The position numbers were made by a program, and so were the translations under genes. The notes under the pieces are model-generated. The model saw only the letters and a list, made by a program, of their open reading frames with translations, did not search any database and was not told the origin of the DNA. Source: Candidatus Poseidoniaceae archaeon (lineage in GTDB: Archaea > Thermoplasmatota > Poseidoniia > Poseidoniales > Poseidoniaceae). Taken from it: a DNA stretch of 64,000 nt. This document shows positions 20,118-28,107 of this stretch, in pieces. The stretch spans positions 70,707-134,706 of the forward strand of contig JAOMTZ010000002.1 of the NCBI GenBank assembly GCA_028356125.1, written 5' to 3'. Positions within the stretch are counted from its first letter, which is position 1. Each line of letters begins with the position of its first letter.

Positions 20118-21545
20118 TTGACAATTCCTCAACAGATACGGCTTATTGGCAAGAGGCATAAAGGCTTCGGCTCCGACGGATGGTTGAAGCGCATGGATGA
20201 AAGAGAGGTATTTTCACCCCTGCATGCAGAGAGGGAGATTGAGTTTCTAAAAAAACCCCCTAGTAACACGATTTGGTCGCCTTTGAACGGAGTTAGTTTC
20301 CGGCTATTAATACCGAATACAGTATACCCTCCAAGAGAAGACACTGACCTTCTGGCCAGAAGAATAATTTCTTTTGGTCCTGGCCGAGGCAGAACATTTC
20401 TCGAAATAGGGTGTGGATCAGGAGCTGTAAGCATTCTGGCCGCTTCCATGGGATGGAAGGTTTCGAGTTGCGACATCAATCCATTCGCCGTAGCCGCAAC
20501 TAAAGGCAATATGGCCGAAAACCAACTAGATGCTGAAATCAAAGAAGGTGGAGTCGGGCCCGAAGAGTTTCCGTTCACTGGAAACTACGACATGATTGTA
20601 TGGAATCTCCCCTACATCCCGCACAGTGAGATAAATGAAGTTCTTGGCCCTATGGAGGAGGCCAGTCTAATCGACACCGATAGACTGGGCTTGGGTCACC
20701 GGATGTTGCGCAGCATAATTAGTAATCAACTACTTGCACCTAAAGGAAGGATACTCACAATCTCACGAAAAGATACACTTGAAGACACACTCATTTTTGC
20801 ACATAGAGTTTGGGATGAGATTGAATTTGAAGACGGAGAGAAATTGGCCCTAACTTGCTTCTGGAGACCATATGAGGGAGCCGAGAAAATATTTGTAGAA
20901 TCAACAGGTTCAACAAATGACGATCTACTAATAAAAAATGGCATTGGCACACACATATCAACTAAGTTTCAAAGTGTAGGAAGGGGACGAAGAGACAGAA
21001 CATGGGATTCGACAGATAGTAGTTATGCAGGTTCTTGGATTGTTGCAGAAAGTGGTGAAATCAATCCAGGTCATTTACAACTATCAGGCGCGTTAGCAGT
21101 ATTGAATGTATTTCGCAATGAACAATTACTTCTGAAGTGGCCAAATGATATTCTAATCGGAAACCGTAAATTATGCGGGATTCTAGCAGAAGGTAAATCA
21201 AATAATAAATTCACTAAGGTAGTTCTAGGAATTGGTATAAATTTGAAAAAGAGCGATACAAATGAACATACAGATTACTCATCATTAGATGAAATCCTTG
21301 AAACTGAACATGAAGAATTGGATTCTTCATTGAATCGAGAACTATCATCATTGCTGGAAGTTCTACCAGATATCCCCCCGGTTCGGCACGCAGAGGTCAG
21401 AATGCAAATTCTCGAAAAAATGCGTCTTTTTGGGATTCCTGTTCACAATGGTAAGGCCTACAAATCATTTGGACTGAATGAACATGGCCAATTAGTTCTA
21501 GGGGAACAGGCTATCGACGATGGAGAAGATATTGAATGGATTTAG
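20118..21545 (+). CDS. Fusion protein: N-terminal HemK/Mtq2-like (NPPY-class) methyltransferase + C-terminal biotin-protein ligase (BirA catalytic domain)
   Basis: The N-terminal half has VYPPREDTDLL, EIGCGSGAVS (SAM motif I) and NLPYIP (motif IV). The C-terminal half has ESTGSTNDDL, GRGRRDRTWDS and KWPNDILIGNRKLCGILAE. The start is TTG with a GGAGGG Shine-Dalgarno sequence at 20111-20116. Confidence 0.8.
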   Translation: MTIPQQIRLIGKRHKGFGSDGWLKRMDEREVFSPLHAEREIEFLKKPPSNTIWSPLNGVSFRLLIPNTVYPPREDTDLLARRIISFGPGRGRTFLEIGCGSGAVSILAASMGWKVSSCDINPFAVAATKGNMAENQLDAEIKEGGVGPEEFPFTGNYDMIVWNLPYIPHSEINEVLGPMEEASLIDTDRLGLGHRMLRSIISNQLLAPKGRILTISRKDTLEDTLIFAHRVWDEIEFEDGEKLALTCFWRPYEGAEKIFVESTGSTNDDLLIKNGIGTHISTKFQSVGRGRRDRTWDSTDSSYAGSWIVAESGEINPGHLQLSGALAVLNVFRNEQLLLKWPNDILIGNRKLCGILAEGKSNNKFTKVVLGIGINLKKSDTNEHTDYSSLDEILETEHEELDSSLNRELSSLLEVLPDIPPVRHAEVRMQILEKMRLFGIPVHNGKAYKSFGLNEHGQLVLGEQAIDDGEDIEWI

Positions 21546-22048
21546 TCATCCAGTATGGCTTCAACAGGTTCATCTTTTTTAGCATCAATTCTCTTCAAAA
21601 CACCAAAGATGAGAATCACTCCGCCCAAGAGATATAGTCCATAGTCAAAGATGATTCCTCTACTCAGAGAATATTTGATTTCGGACTCTTCCATTCCCTC
21701 TATTATAAACGAGTGAATGCCAGACTCTTTAGCTGTGTATTCCCAATTACCTTGATCCGAATCCACATCTCCAGAAAGTATCCAATCGCCAGATGGAGTG
21801 TAAACACCCGGCCTCACTACACCTTCTGTGATTTCCAAGGTGAAGGTGTCGCCTTCAGAAATATCGTACTTAATAGCGAATGCATTGTCAGATCCCTCTT
21901 CCACAATGGTAGGATTAACCCAAGTTTGCATAATTAGCATAATTAGGATTATCGATGAACCGATAAGGATCATAACATCCTCTCCTTTAACTGGCGGCGC
22001 TCCACCTCCGGCTCCCATGAACCTGTGGAAGAAGGGTGAGCACTTCAA
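21542..22048 (-). CDS. Hypothetical membrane protein (2 TM, extracytoplasmic middle domain)
   Basis: Hydrophobic helices are MILIGSSIILIMLIM and LYLLGGVILIFGVL. The real start is possibly Met26 (about 21973). The gene overlaps the upstream Pop5-like gene by 4 nt. Confidence 0.45.
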   Translation of the reverse strand: MKCSPFFHRFMGAGGGAPPVKGEDVMILIGSSIILIMLIMQTWVNPTIVEEGSDNAFAIKYDISEGDTFTLEITEGVVRPGVYTPSGDWILSGDVDSDQGNWEYTAKESGIHSFIIEGMEESEIKYSLSRGIIFDYGLYLLGGVILIFGVLKRIDAKKDEPVEAILDD

Positions 22049-22329
22049 CGCTTTCTTGGCTTGCGACTAAATTCCATTCTCTCACGGACAAGTCTAATCT
22101 TACCACTGGAAGTTTGACTGATTACCTTTCCAACTACTAGTTCGGACTTAATCGATTCATAATCTTCGAGCTTGACCATTAGAATACATTTTCCATCTTC
22201 ATAGTCATAAAGTCTTACTGGATATTTTGAAAGATATTCAGCAAGCTCTGAACGCTTTTCAAAGTCGGGGCAAATACATCCAACCCAACGTCGCTTCCCT
22301 CGCAACGCTTTGGTTAATTTCTTCGCCAT
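22045..22329 (-). CDS. Probable RNase P protein component 2 (Pop5/Rnp2-like)
   Basis: 94 aa. LRGKRRWVGCI corresponds to LRxKxRYIxF, a central beta-strand segment is present, and SSGKIRLVRERM corresponds to the Pop5 VSGTIKxLK motif. The match is by pattern memory only. Confidence 0.5.
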   Translation of the reverse strand: MAKKLTKALRGKRRWVGCICPDFEKRSELAEYLSKYPVRLYDYEDGKCILMVKLEDYESIKSELVVGKVISQTSSGKIRLVRERMEFSRKPRKR

Positions 22330-22393
22330 ATGTGCTGATTTAGGGCATTTGTCTTAACATGATGCTATCTCTGGCACAAAATGGGAGAGTATT

Positions 22394-23707
22394 ATGTCTG
22401 AAGATTCTGGGTCCCAATTTGAGCAAATTGGTATTATCCAGTTAATCAAAAACATGCTATCACCAAGGACTTTACCTCACATCATAATGATCGCACTAAT
22501 TTCAATAATTTTGTTATTCTTGGTCGAATCGCATGAAGTATTTGTGGCTATGGCATTCATTTCTTTAGCAATGTCATATACAATTGTCGCATCTTTGTCG
22601 AATAAAGTAATCATCCAAAATTTGACCAAATTACCCGAAGATAACGGAGATGCCAAACTGATTGTAAGGTTTCTATTCAGCTTTAGAATAACTATTGTTC
22701 CAATTCTAATTGCATCGACTATAGTAGGGATATTATGGAGTGGACTAGGAGGTAATAGTAACCCTTGGATTTCTCCAATGCTTGCGTCTTTATTCATTGT
22801 GTGGTCAATTGCACAAGCCGCCTCATTCCGAACAGGAATGGTCGAATGGTTAGCAAATGGATTAGGAGACGCCAAGTTACACACTTACAAAGAGAAGGCA
22901 TCTACTGCATCTCAATTCGCAATTGTTCAATCGTTTGCATTCGTGATTATTTGGGTTGGGCAAATGGTTACCGACTCGGAAAAAATGAACTTTCAAGATG
23001 CATTCCTAGGAGGAATTGCTTTCCTAGCAATAAGTTTCATTTTGCAAGCGATTACAATGTGGTTGACAAGAGATGAAAGAGAATCTGCAGGTAACGAAAA
23101 AGGACTTGCTGGTTTCTCATTCAAATGGATGATTGTGGCACAATTGTTCATCACTTGGCACGCATTCAGCATCTATAGAAGGTGGCAGATGAACCCCTCA
23201 GAGGTTTCAACCCTTATCGAAGAAGGCATACTGATGGCATTTACTGTAATCTTCGCTGTTTGGTCTCTAACTACTTTCACTGTAAGGGATGGAAAGAGAT
23301 TGGTTTCTGAGAATGCATCTCTACCTCTAGGAATTTCATTTGGATATGCTTATGCAGGCTCTGTCGCAATGCTTACCGGGACTTTCGACAGCCTAAGGGA
23401 AGTGATGATTTTCGGACACATACTAACTATTTGCGCCATGATCCTACTCCTAAGGCCGACCCTTCGAACTAGCCGAATCTCATCGGACATATTCGCTACT
23501 GCTAAAAGCATCGACATCTCTGACAAAGATGAGAAAGAAGATGCCAAAGAAGAAACTGAAGAAAAATCAAGAGATGATGAAGAAGAATCAGCAGAAGAGG
23601 AAGAAGTTTGGCAAGAAGATGAACAAGTAAATTGGGAAGAAGGGAAGGACATCAGTGATGGAACTGAATGGAAGGAAGATGATTCAGATGTCGAAATAGC
23701 CGACTAG
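22394..23707 (+). CDS. Polytopic membrane protein with a highly acidic C-terminal tail
   Basis: About 10 hydrophobic helices. The last 70 aa or so are rich in D, E and K (DKDEKEDAKEETEEKSRDDEEESAEEEE). No family was recognised. Confidence 0.6.
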   Translation: MSEDSGSQFEQIGIIQLIKNMLSPRTLPHIIMIALISIILLFLVESHEVFVAMAFISLAMSYTIVASLSNKVIIQNLTKLPEDNGDAKLIVRFLFSFRITIVPILIASTIVGILWSGLGGNSNPWISPMLASLFIVWSIAQAASFRTGMVEWLANGLGDAKLHTYKEKASTASQFAIVQSFAFVIIWVGQMVTDSEKMNFQDAFLGGIAFLAISFILQAITMWLTRDERESAGNEKGLAGFSFKWMIVAQLFITWHAFSIYRRWQMNPSEVSTLIEEGILMAFTVIFAVWSLTTFTVRDGKRLVSENASLPLGISFGYAYAGSVAMLTGTFDSLREVMIFGHILTICAMILLLRPTLRTSRISSDIFATAKSIDISDKDEKEDAKEETEEKSRDDEEESAEEEEVWQEDEQVNWEEGKDISDGTEWKEDDSDVEIAD

Positions 23708-24633
23708 ACGAGGCTCAAACCCGATTTTTCTTCTAACCCTGAAACGACTGCTACGACCCTAATACTACCTTTTAGGTCATCGCTAACTCTTGCCCCTAGT
23801 ATAACTTGGGCATCCTCATCAAATCTAGCTGTGAAAGCATCAGCAATAAGTCCAACTTGACCTACAGTCATACCCGGCCCGCCTTCTATCTGCAGAAGAC
23901 AAGCTTTGGCACCATCCAGTGAAAGATTTGCTAAAGGTGCACTCAAAGCATCTTCAAGTAAAGAATTGGCATCATTAGGATCACCTTGACCCACCATCAA
24001 AGTTGAACCTCCACTGTGTCCAACGATTGTTTTCAAATCCATCATATCGAGATTAATTAAGCCAAGGCGCATCAATGTCCTTACCAGCCCATCAACAAAT
24101 TCCTCAACCCAGGAAGCACCTAATCTCCAATCAGTGCCCCTTTCACGAGCTTGCCAGGCCAGACGATCCAAATCTAATCGCACGCAAACATCAGAATTTG
24201 CTTCAAGTTTTGGCAAGCCCTCTTTGCTGACTTTCAAACGGGCTTCTTGTGCTTCGAATGGAATAGCAGCAATCGAGATTACTATTGCACCAGAAAGACG
24301 AGCCTGACGAGCAAACTCTGGAGCGGCACCGGTACCTGTGCCACCGCCTAGTCCAGTTAGAAGAATTACCATTTCAACCCCGTCCAAAAGGGTACGAGAT
24401 ACACCCGCTGCTTGCCTCATCCTTTGCTCACCCAATGGAGGTAATGCAGCACAACCTGCTGAGTCCAAATCTTTGCCTAAACGTATCACATGGGCGTCAG
24501 GAGATGCGAAGGTTGTTTCATCGGCATCGATCAGTACTAAATCGATATCATGACCTGTTTTGGCATGTGCTCTTTGAGCCCAAGCACCACCTAAACCTCC
24601 GACGCCCGCAATCAAGATTTGAGCGCCATCCAT
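23704..24633 (-). CDS. FtsZ/tubulin-superfamily GTPase, short core-only divergent paralogue
   Basis: The T4 signature GLGGGTGTGAAP and the T7-like INLDMMDLKTIV are present. The C-terminal domain is colinear with FtsZ (ACLLQIEGGPGMTVGQV...IRVVAVVSGL). The T1 loop is altered (GVGGLGGAW versus GGGGxN). There is no C-terminal linker or tail peptide. Confidence 0.8.
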   Translation of the reverse strand: MDGAQILIAGVGGLGGAWAQRAHAKTGHDIDLVLIDADETTFASPDAHVIRLGKDLDSAGCAALPPLGEQRMRQAAGVSRTLLDGVEMVILLTGLGGGTGTGAAPEFARQARLSGAIVISIAAIPFEAQEARLKVSKEGLPKLEANSDVCVRLDLDRLAWQARERGTDWRLGASWVEEFVDGLVRTLMRLGLINLDMMDLKTIVGHSGGSTLMVGQGDPNDANSLLEDALSAPLANLSLDGAKACLLQIEGGPGMTVGQVGLIADAFTARFDEDAQVILGARVSDDLKGSIRVVAVVSGLEEKSGLSLV

Positions 24634-24658
24634 GCCCGCCCCTCACATTGGAGGTTAT

Positions 24659-24964
24659 TCAATCTCTGCCAACATATCGCATATATCGGCGCCGAGCATC
24701 TCGAGCCCAAGCATTATCTGGTTCCAAAGCTAATACTTTCCCATAAATTTCAACCGCTTTTTCGAAATCAGAAAAGTGCCTACCATAGAGGTGTGCTAAG
24801 TTATTTAGCACTGGAATACACTCCTCATCTTCAACCAGCATAGCAAGCAAAATCTCCTCCGCTTTACCGAGATTATTTCTCAGCATTTCTTCCTCTGCTT
24901 CATCCAAAGACTGAAGTTGTTCGTTTGAGAGGTCATAAGTGTTCTCGAAAGCGTGGTCTGACAT
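24659..24964 (-). CDS. Small TPR-like repeat protein
   Basis: 101 aa. LNNLAHLYGRHFSDFEKAVEIYGKVLALEPDNAWA fits a TPR helix pair. It lies 25 nt upstream of the FtsZ-like gene on the same strand. Confidence 0.55.
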   Translation of the reverse strand: MSDHAFENTYDLSNEQLQSLDEAEEEMLRNNLGKAEEILLAMLVEDEECIPVLNNLAHLYGRHFSDFEKAVEIYGKVLALEPDNAWARDARRRYMRYVGRD

Positions 24965-25107
24965 GTCCGCCCCTCGCCGTGATTATCAATATGTTTTCCC
25001 ATCAAATGTTCAGTGCAAAAATACGCCGAAATTGTTACACTGCAAGACCATAGCACGAAGGCTAGACAAGGAACGATTATAGGCGCAATCCAAGTCGCAT
25101 AAACCGG

Positions 25108-25908
25108 TTGGGATACGCTATGCGCAAATCACGGGTTTCCGTCCGAATTTTCCTCCCCCTAATCCTAGTGCTGGTTATGCTTTTACCCGGATTGGTAAAT
25201 GCCTACCCTGAAGGCATTGGCGGCGAGCAACAAAACGGCTCAGAGACGATTGACGACGTGGCTAAAGAAGGCTGTCTTTGTCACGGTGAAGAACCTAGCA
25301 ATTCTGTTATGATCCTCCTAGTCGGAGTCCCACATACCTGGTCACCAGAACAAACCTACAACATGAGATTGGAAATTGTCGGAGGCCCTGCGACCGACAT
25401 GGGCGGATTCTCCGCAAGAGTTAGTGCAGGAGAGTTTTCGGGAGATGGACAGGCATGGGAAGAAGACCCAATGACAAGAACTCATGTTTCATCATCTTCC
25501 AGAATATTCGAAATCACTTGGACATCCCCAAGTGCCGGCGCTGAACACATTGATTTCTGGATTAGTGGCAACGCTGTAAACGGAGCAGATGGCCCCGCTG
25601 GAGATTACTGGAACCAACTTGTATTCAATTTGGTCGAGGTTGCAGAAGATGACGGCAGAGGAACTCGCACATTAATTGCAGGCAGTGGAACTCCTGAAGC
25701 CCCTGAAGCTGAATCCGGAGAAATTGACCTTCACACCATGGGTGCACAATTCAGAGCCCACTGGCTCGGACTTCTTGGATTTGGAGCAGTAATTGCAGTT
25801 ATTATATTCTGTGGGCTATTACTACGCTATGGATTCTCTACATCATACAAGGGCAGAAGTAACCTACTGCGCCTAAGGTACAAAGTCAACAGAAGAGGTG
25901 ATCAATGA
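25108..25908 (+). CDS. Exported protein with C-terminal TM anchor, first gene of the Rieske/cyt b operon
   Basis: A signal-like N-terminus (IFLPLILVLVMLLPGLVNA) is followed by a soluble domain of about 190 aa containing GCLCHG. A C-terminal helix (LLGFGAVIAVIIFCGLLL) is followed by a basic tail. Possible starts are TTG 25108 or ATG 25120. There is a weak resemblance to Reeler-type beta-sandwich domains, from memory only. Confidence 0.6.
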   Translation: MGYAMRKSRVSVRIFLPLILVLVMLLPGLVNAYPEGIGGEQQNGSETIDDVAKEGCLCHGEEPSNSVMILLVGVPHTWSPEQTYNMRLEIVGGPATDMGGFSARVSAGEFSGDGQAWEEDPMTRTHVSSSSRIFEITWTSPSAGAEHIDFWISGNAVNGADGPAGDYWNQLVFNLVEVAEDDGRGTRTLIAGSGTPEAPEAESGEIDLHTMGAQFRAHWLGLLGFGAVIAVIIFCGLLLRYGFSTSYKGRSNLLRLRYKVNRRGDQ

Positions 25909-26360
25909 TGGCTAAAGACACAATAACCCAACTTCTAGAGAAGGTCGCCTCAGGCAAGGTCAGCGTCAAAGATGCAAGGACTGCCCTAGAGGATGCTAGT
26001 CTAACTGAAGAGCAAATGGATAATGCGATTAATCACGGAGTGTTTAATCCTGCAGAACCCGGAACTGTCATCTCAGCAGCATTAGCGCCATCTGGTAAAT
26101 CCGCTCTCACAATGTTCTTCTTTGGATGGGGAATATTTTGGGCACTATTTTGGTTTGGAACAATGTTGTACGGGCTCCTCAACGGCTCAGCATGGGACCA
26201 ACAACAATTGTCTTACCACCTTGCAATGGGTCTATCCACCCTAATCATGATGGGGATAGTCTACCTAAAGTGGGTACTTCCAGATACAATTATTGTCAAG
26301 CACAGTCAGAATAAGTTCATCCCTGAGCATCAGAAGGACTGGAGAGAATACAACTGGTGA
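25905..26360 (+). CDS. Small 2-3 TM membrane protein, operon member
   Basis: 151 aa. The soluble N-terminal 60 aa are followed by hydrophobic helices. It overlaps both neighbouring genes by 4 nt. Confidence 0.55.
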   Translation: MMAKDTITQLLEKVASGKVSVKDARTALEDASLTEEQMDNAINHGVFNPAEPGTVISAALAPSGKSALTMFFFGWGIFWALFWFGTMLYGLLNGSAWDQQQLSYHLAMGLSTLIMMGIVYLKWVLPDTIIVKHSQNKFIPEHQKDWREYNW

Positions 26361-27214
26361 TTCCTATGGACGACATGAAACTCAGACCTGCACCATCCAC
26401 TGCTGGAGACTTGTTGTCTCTTACAGGTGACATGATTGTCAATAGAAGACAATTCATGAGATACGGATTCAACGCTACAAGTGGTGTATTAGCTTCCACA
26501 TTAGGAGCGCTAGGGTTCGCTGCCATCCTTCTACCCCCTTCCGGAGGAGGAGGAGGAGATACTTCGGTTCTCTATTGGGCAAAGGGTCGTGAGGATGAGG
26601 CATGGTATGGTGCAAAGCACTTGCAACCGATGTCAAAATCTGATTTCGAAGCAGAAGCTGCAAAGTCCAGCGTAGGCATGTCTGGCGCCCAGGGTGTTTG
26701 GAATGGACTACCGGTGATCGTCAACTACGTACCTCACTCCGTCAATTCAATCAAACCGATGGCCGACAATTCACCTAGATTCCAAGAGATGCCAGGATAT
26801 GACATCGGTGGAAACTATGTTGCTCACGCAACAGAATACCTACTAGGAAACCCAGAGATATTTGATCCAAATGGCAATCTAATCATGATATTCTCAAGAT
26901 GTACGCACTTGTGTTGTATACCTGGATGGCAATTAGTATCAAATTCGTTTACAGACGATAACTGGACGCCAGGCGGAGGAGACGACGGTGGAAGTAAGAT
27001 GTTCTGCATCTGCCATTCAAGTAGGTTCGATCCAACTGCTATCGAAGTAAACCGTAACGCTAACCGTTCAACTGGTGCTTCATTCGAATATCTCGGCATC
27101 CGCCGTGCAGGTGGACCTGCACCAGTCGGATTACCAATTATACCAATCATAATGAATGGCGATACAATTGAGGCGTCTTCTGATTACACGGGCTGGTTGA
27201 CCTACTGCGACTGA
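26357..27214 (+). CDS. Rieske [2Fe-2S] protein with twin-arginine signal
   Basis: The Tat motif is NRRQFMRYG followed by a hydrophobic helix. Rieske box I is CTHLCC (res 182-187) and box II is CICHSS (res 217-222). Confidence 0.85.
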   Translation: MIPMDDMKLRPAPSTAGDLLSLTGDMIVNRRQFMRYGFNATSGVLASTLGALGFAAILLPPSGGGGGDTSVLYWAKGREDEAWYGAKHLQPMSKSDFEAEAAKSSVGMSGAQGVWNGLPVIVNYVPHSVNSIKPMADNSPRFQEMPGYDIGGNYVAHATEYLLGNPEIFDPNGNLIMIFSRCTHLCCIPGWQLVSNSFTDDNWTPGGGDDGGSKMFCICHSSRFDPTAIEVNRNANRSTGASFEYLGIRRAGGPAPVGLPIIPIIMNGDTIEASSDYTGWLTYCD

Positions 27215-27223
27215 GGTGAAAAT

Positions 27224-28090
27224 ATGAGCACAATATTCTGGGTACTTTGGTTCTTTATTGCATTCATCATTGTTCTTATTGCGTTTACTCTACGCAAAGA
27301 GAATGAGGACATCCCACGCCGTGAAATTCTACGTGCAGTAGAATCAAGCGGGAAAATGGGATTCGCTGAGAGAACTTTCCTATGGGTATTCTCGTTCCTA
27401 GACACTAGGTTCAGAATTCAAGATTATTGGAATATGAGCAAAGGTGCGTACTACAATATGCATCGCCAAATGCCTCTTACTCACGCTGAAAAATACAAAT
27501 TGCGAATCATTTGGTATTGGTACCCATTGTATTGCTTAGGAGGAATTTCTTTCCTTTCTTTCATTATTCTAGTCATAACAGGTACAGTCCTAGGTATCTA
27601 TTATGTCCCAGGTGGAGAAGGAGACCCATCTCCTGCTTATGCAAGTATGCAGTTTATCATGACACAGTTGCCATTTGGTTACATCATTCGTGCTGTCCAT
27701 CATTGGGGAACTCACTTCATGGTTGCATCAGTATTCCTCCATATGTGTAGAGTATACTTTACTGGAGCTTACCGCAACCCTCGTGAACTAAACTGGTTAA
27801 TCGGAGTGGCACTCATGGCATTAACAATCGTCTTCGGATATTCAGGTTACTTGCTACCATGGGATAGCTTGGCCTATGGTGCGGCTGTAATTGGTATCAA
27901 TCTCGCTAACTCAACACCGCTCATAGGTAAATTAGTGGCCACCCTATTGTTCGGAGGATCATCATTATCACATCAGACAGTAACTCGAATGTATTTCATT
28001 CACGTGTTTATACTGCCAGTGATTGTAACCACATTGATCATTATACATTTGTTCATTGTTTGGGTTCAAGGAATTGCGGAGCCGCACTGA
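27224..28090 (+). CDS. Cytochrome b, N-terminal (b6-type) half
   Basis: AVHHWGTHFMVASVFLHMCRVYFTGAYRNPRELNWLIGV...GYSGYLLPWD is present. The helix-D histidines FIHVF...IIIHLF have 14 intervening residues (b6/Firmicute type). Confidence 0.9.
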   Translation: MSTIFWVLWFFIAFIIVLIAFTLRKENEDIPRREILRAVESSGKMGFAERTFLWVFSFLDTRFRIQDYWNMSKGAYYNMHRQMPLTHAEKYKLRIIWYWYPLYCLGGISFLSFIILVITGTVLGIYYVPGGEGDPSPAYASMQFIMTQLPFGYIIRAVHHWGTHFMVASVFLHMCRVYFTGAYRNPRELNWLIGVALMALTIVFGYSGYLLPWDSLAYGAAVIGINLANSTPLIGKLVATLLFGGSSLSHQTVTRMYFIHVFILPVIVTTLIIIHLFIVWVQGIAEPH

Positions 28091-28107
28091 TATTGGAGGT
28101 TTGAATT

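Noticed and set aside
24285-24746. 153-aa + strand ORF opposite the FtsZ-like gene
   Set aside because: It is antisense to a frame with clear tubulin/FtsZ signatures and has a His/Arg/Pro-rich composition typical of shadow frames.
25108-25908. c-type cytochrome assignment for the first operon gene
   Set aside because: The only candidate motif is CLCH (CxCH), not CXXCH or a longer-spaced variant. No second heme ligand pattern was recognised.
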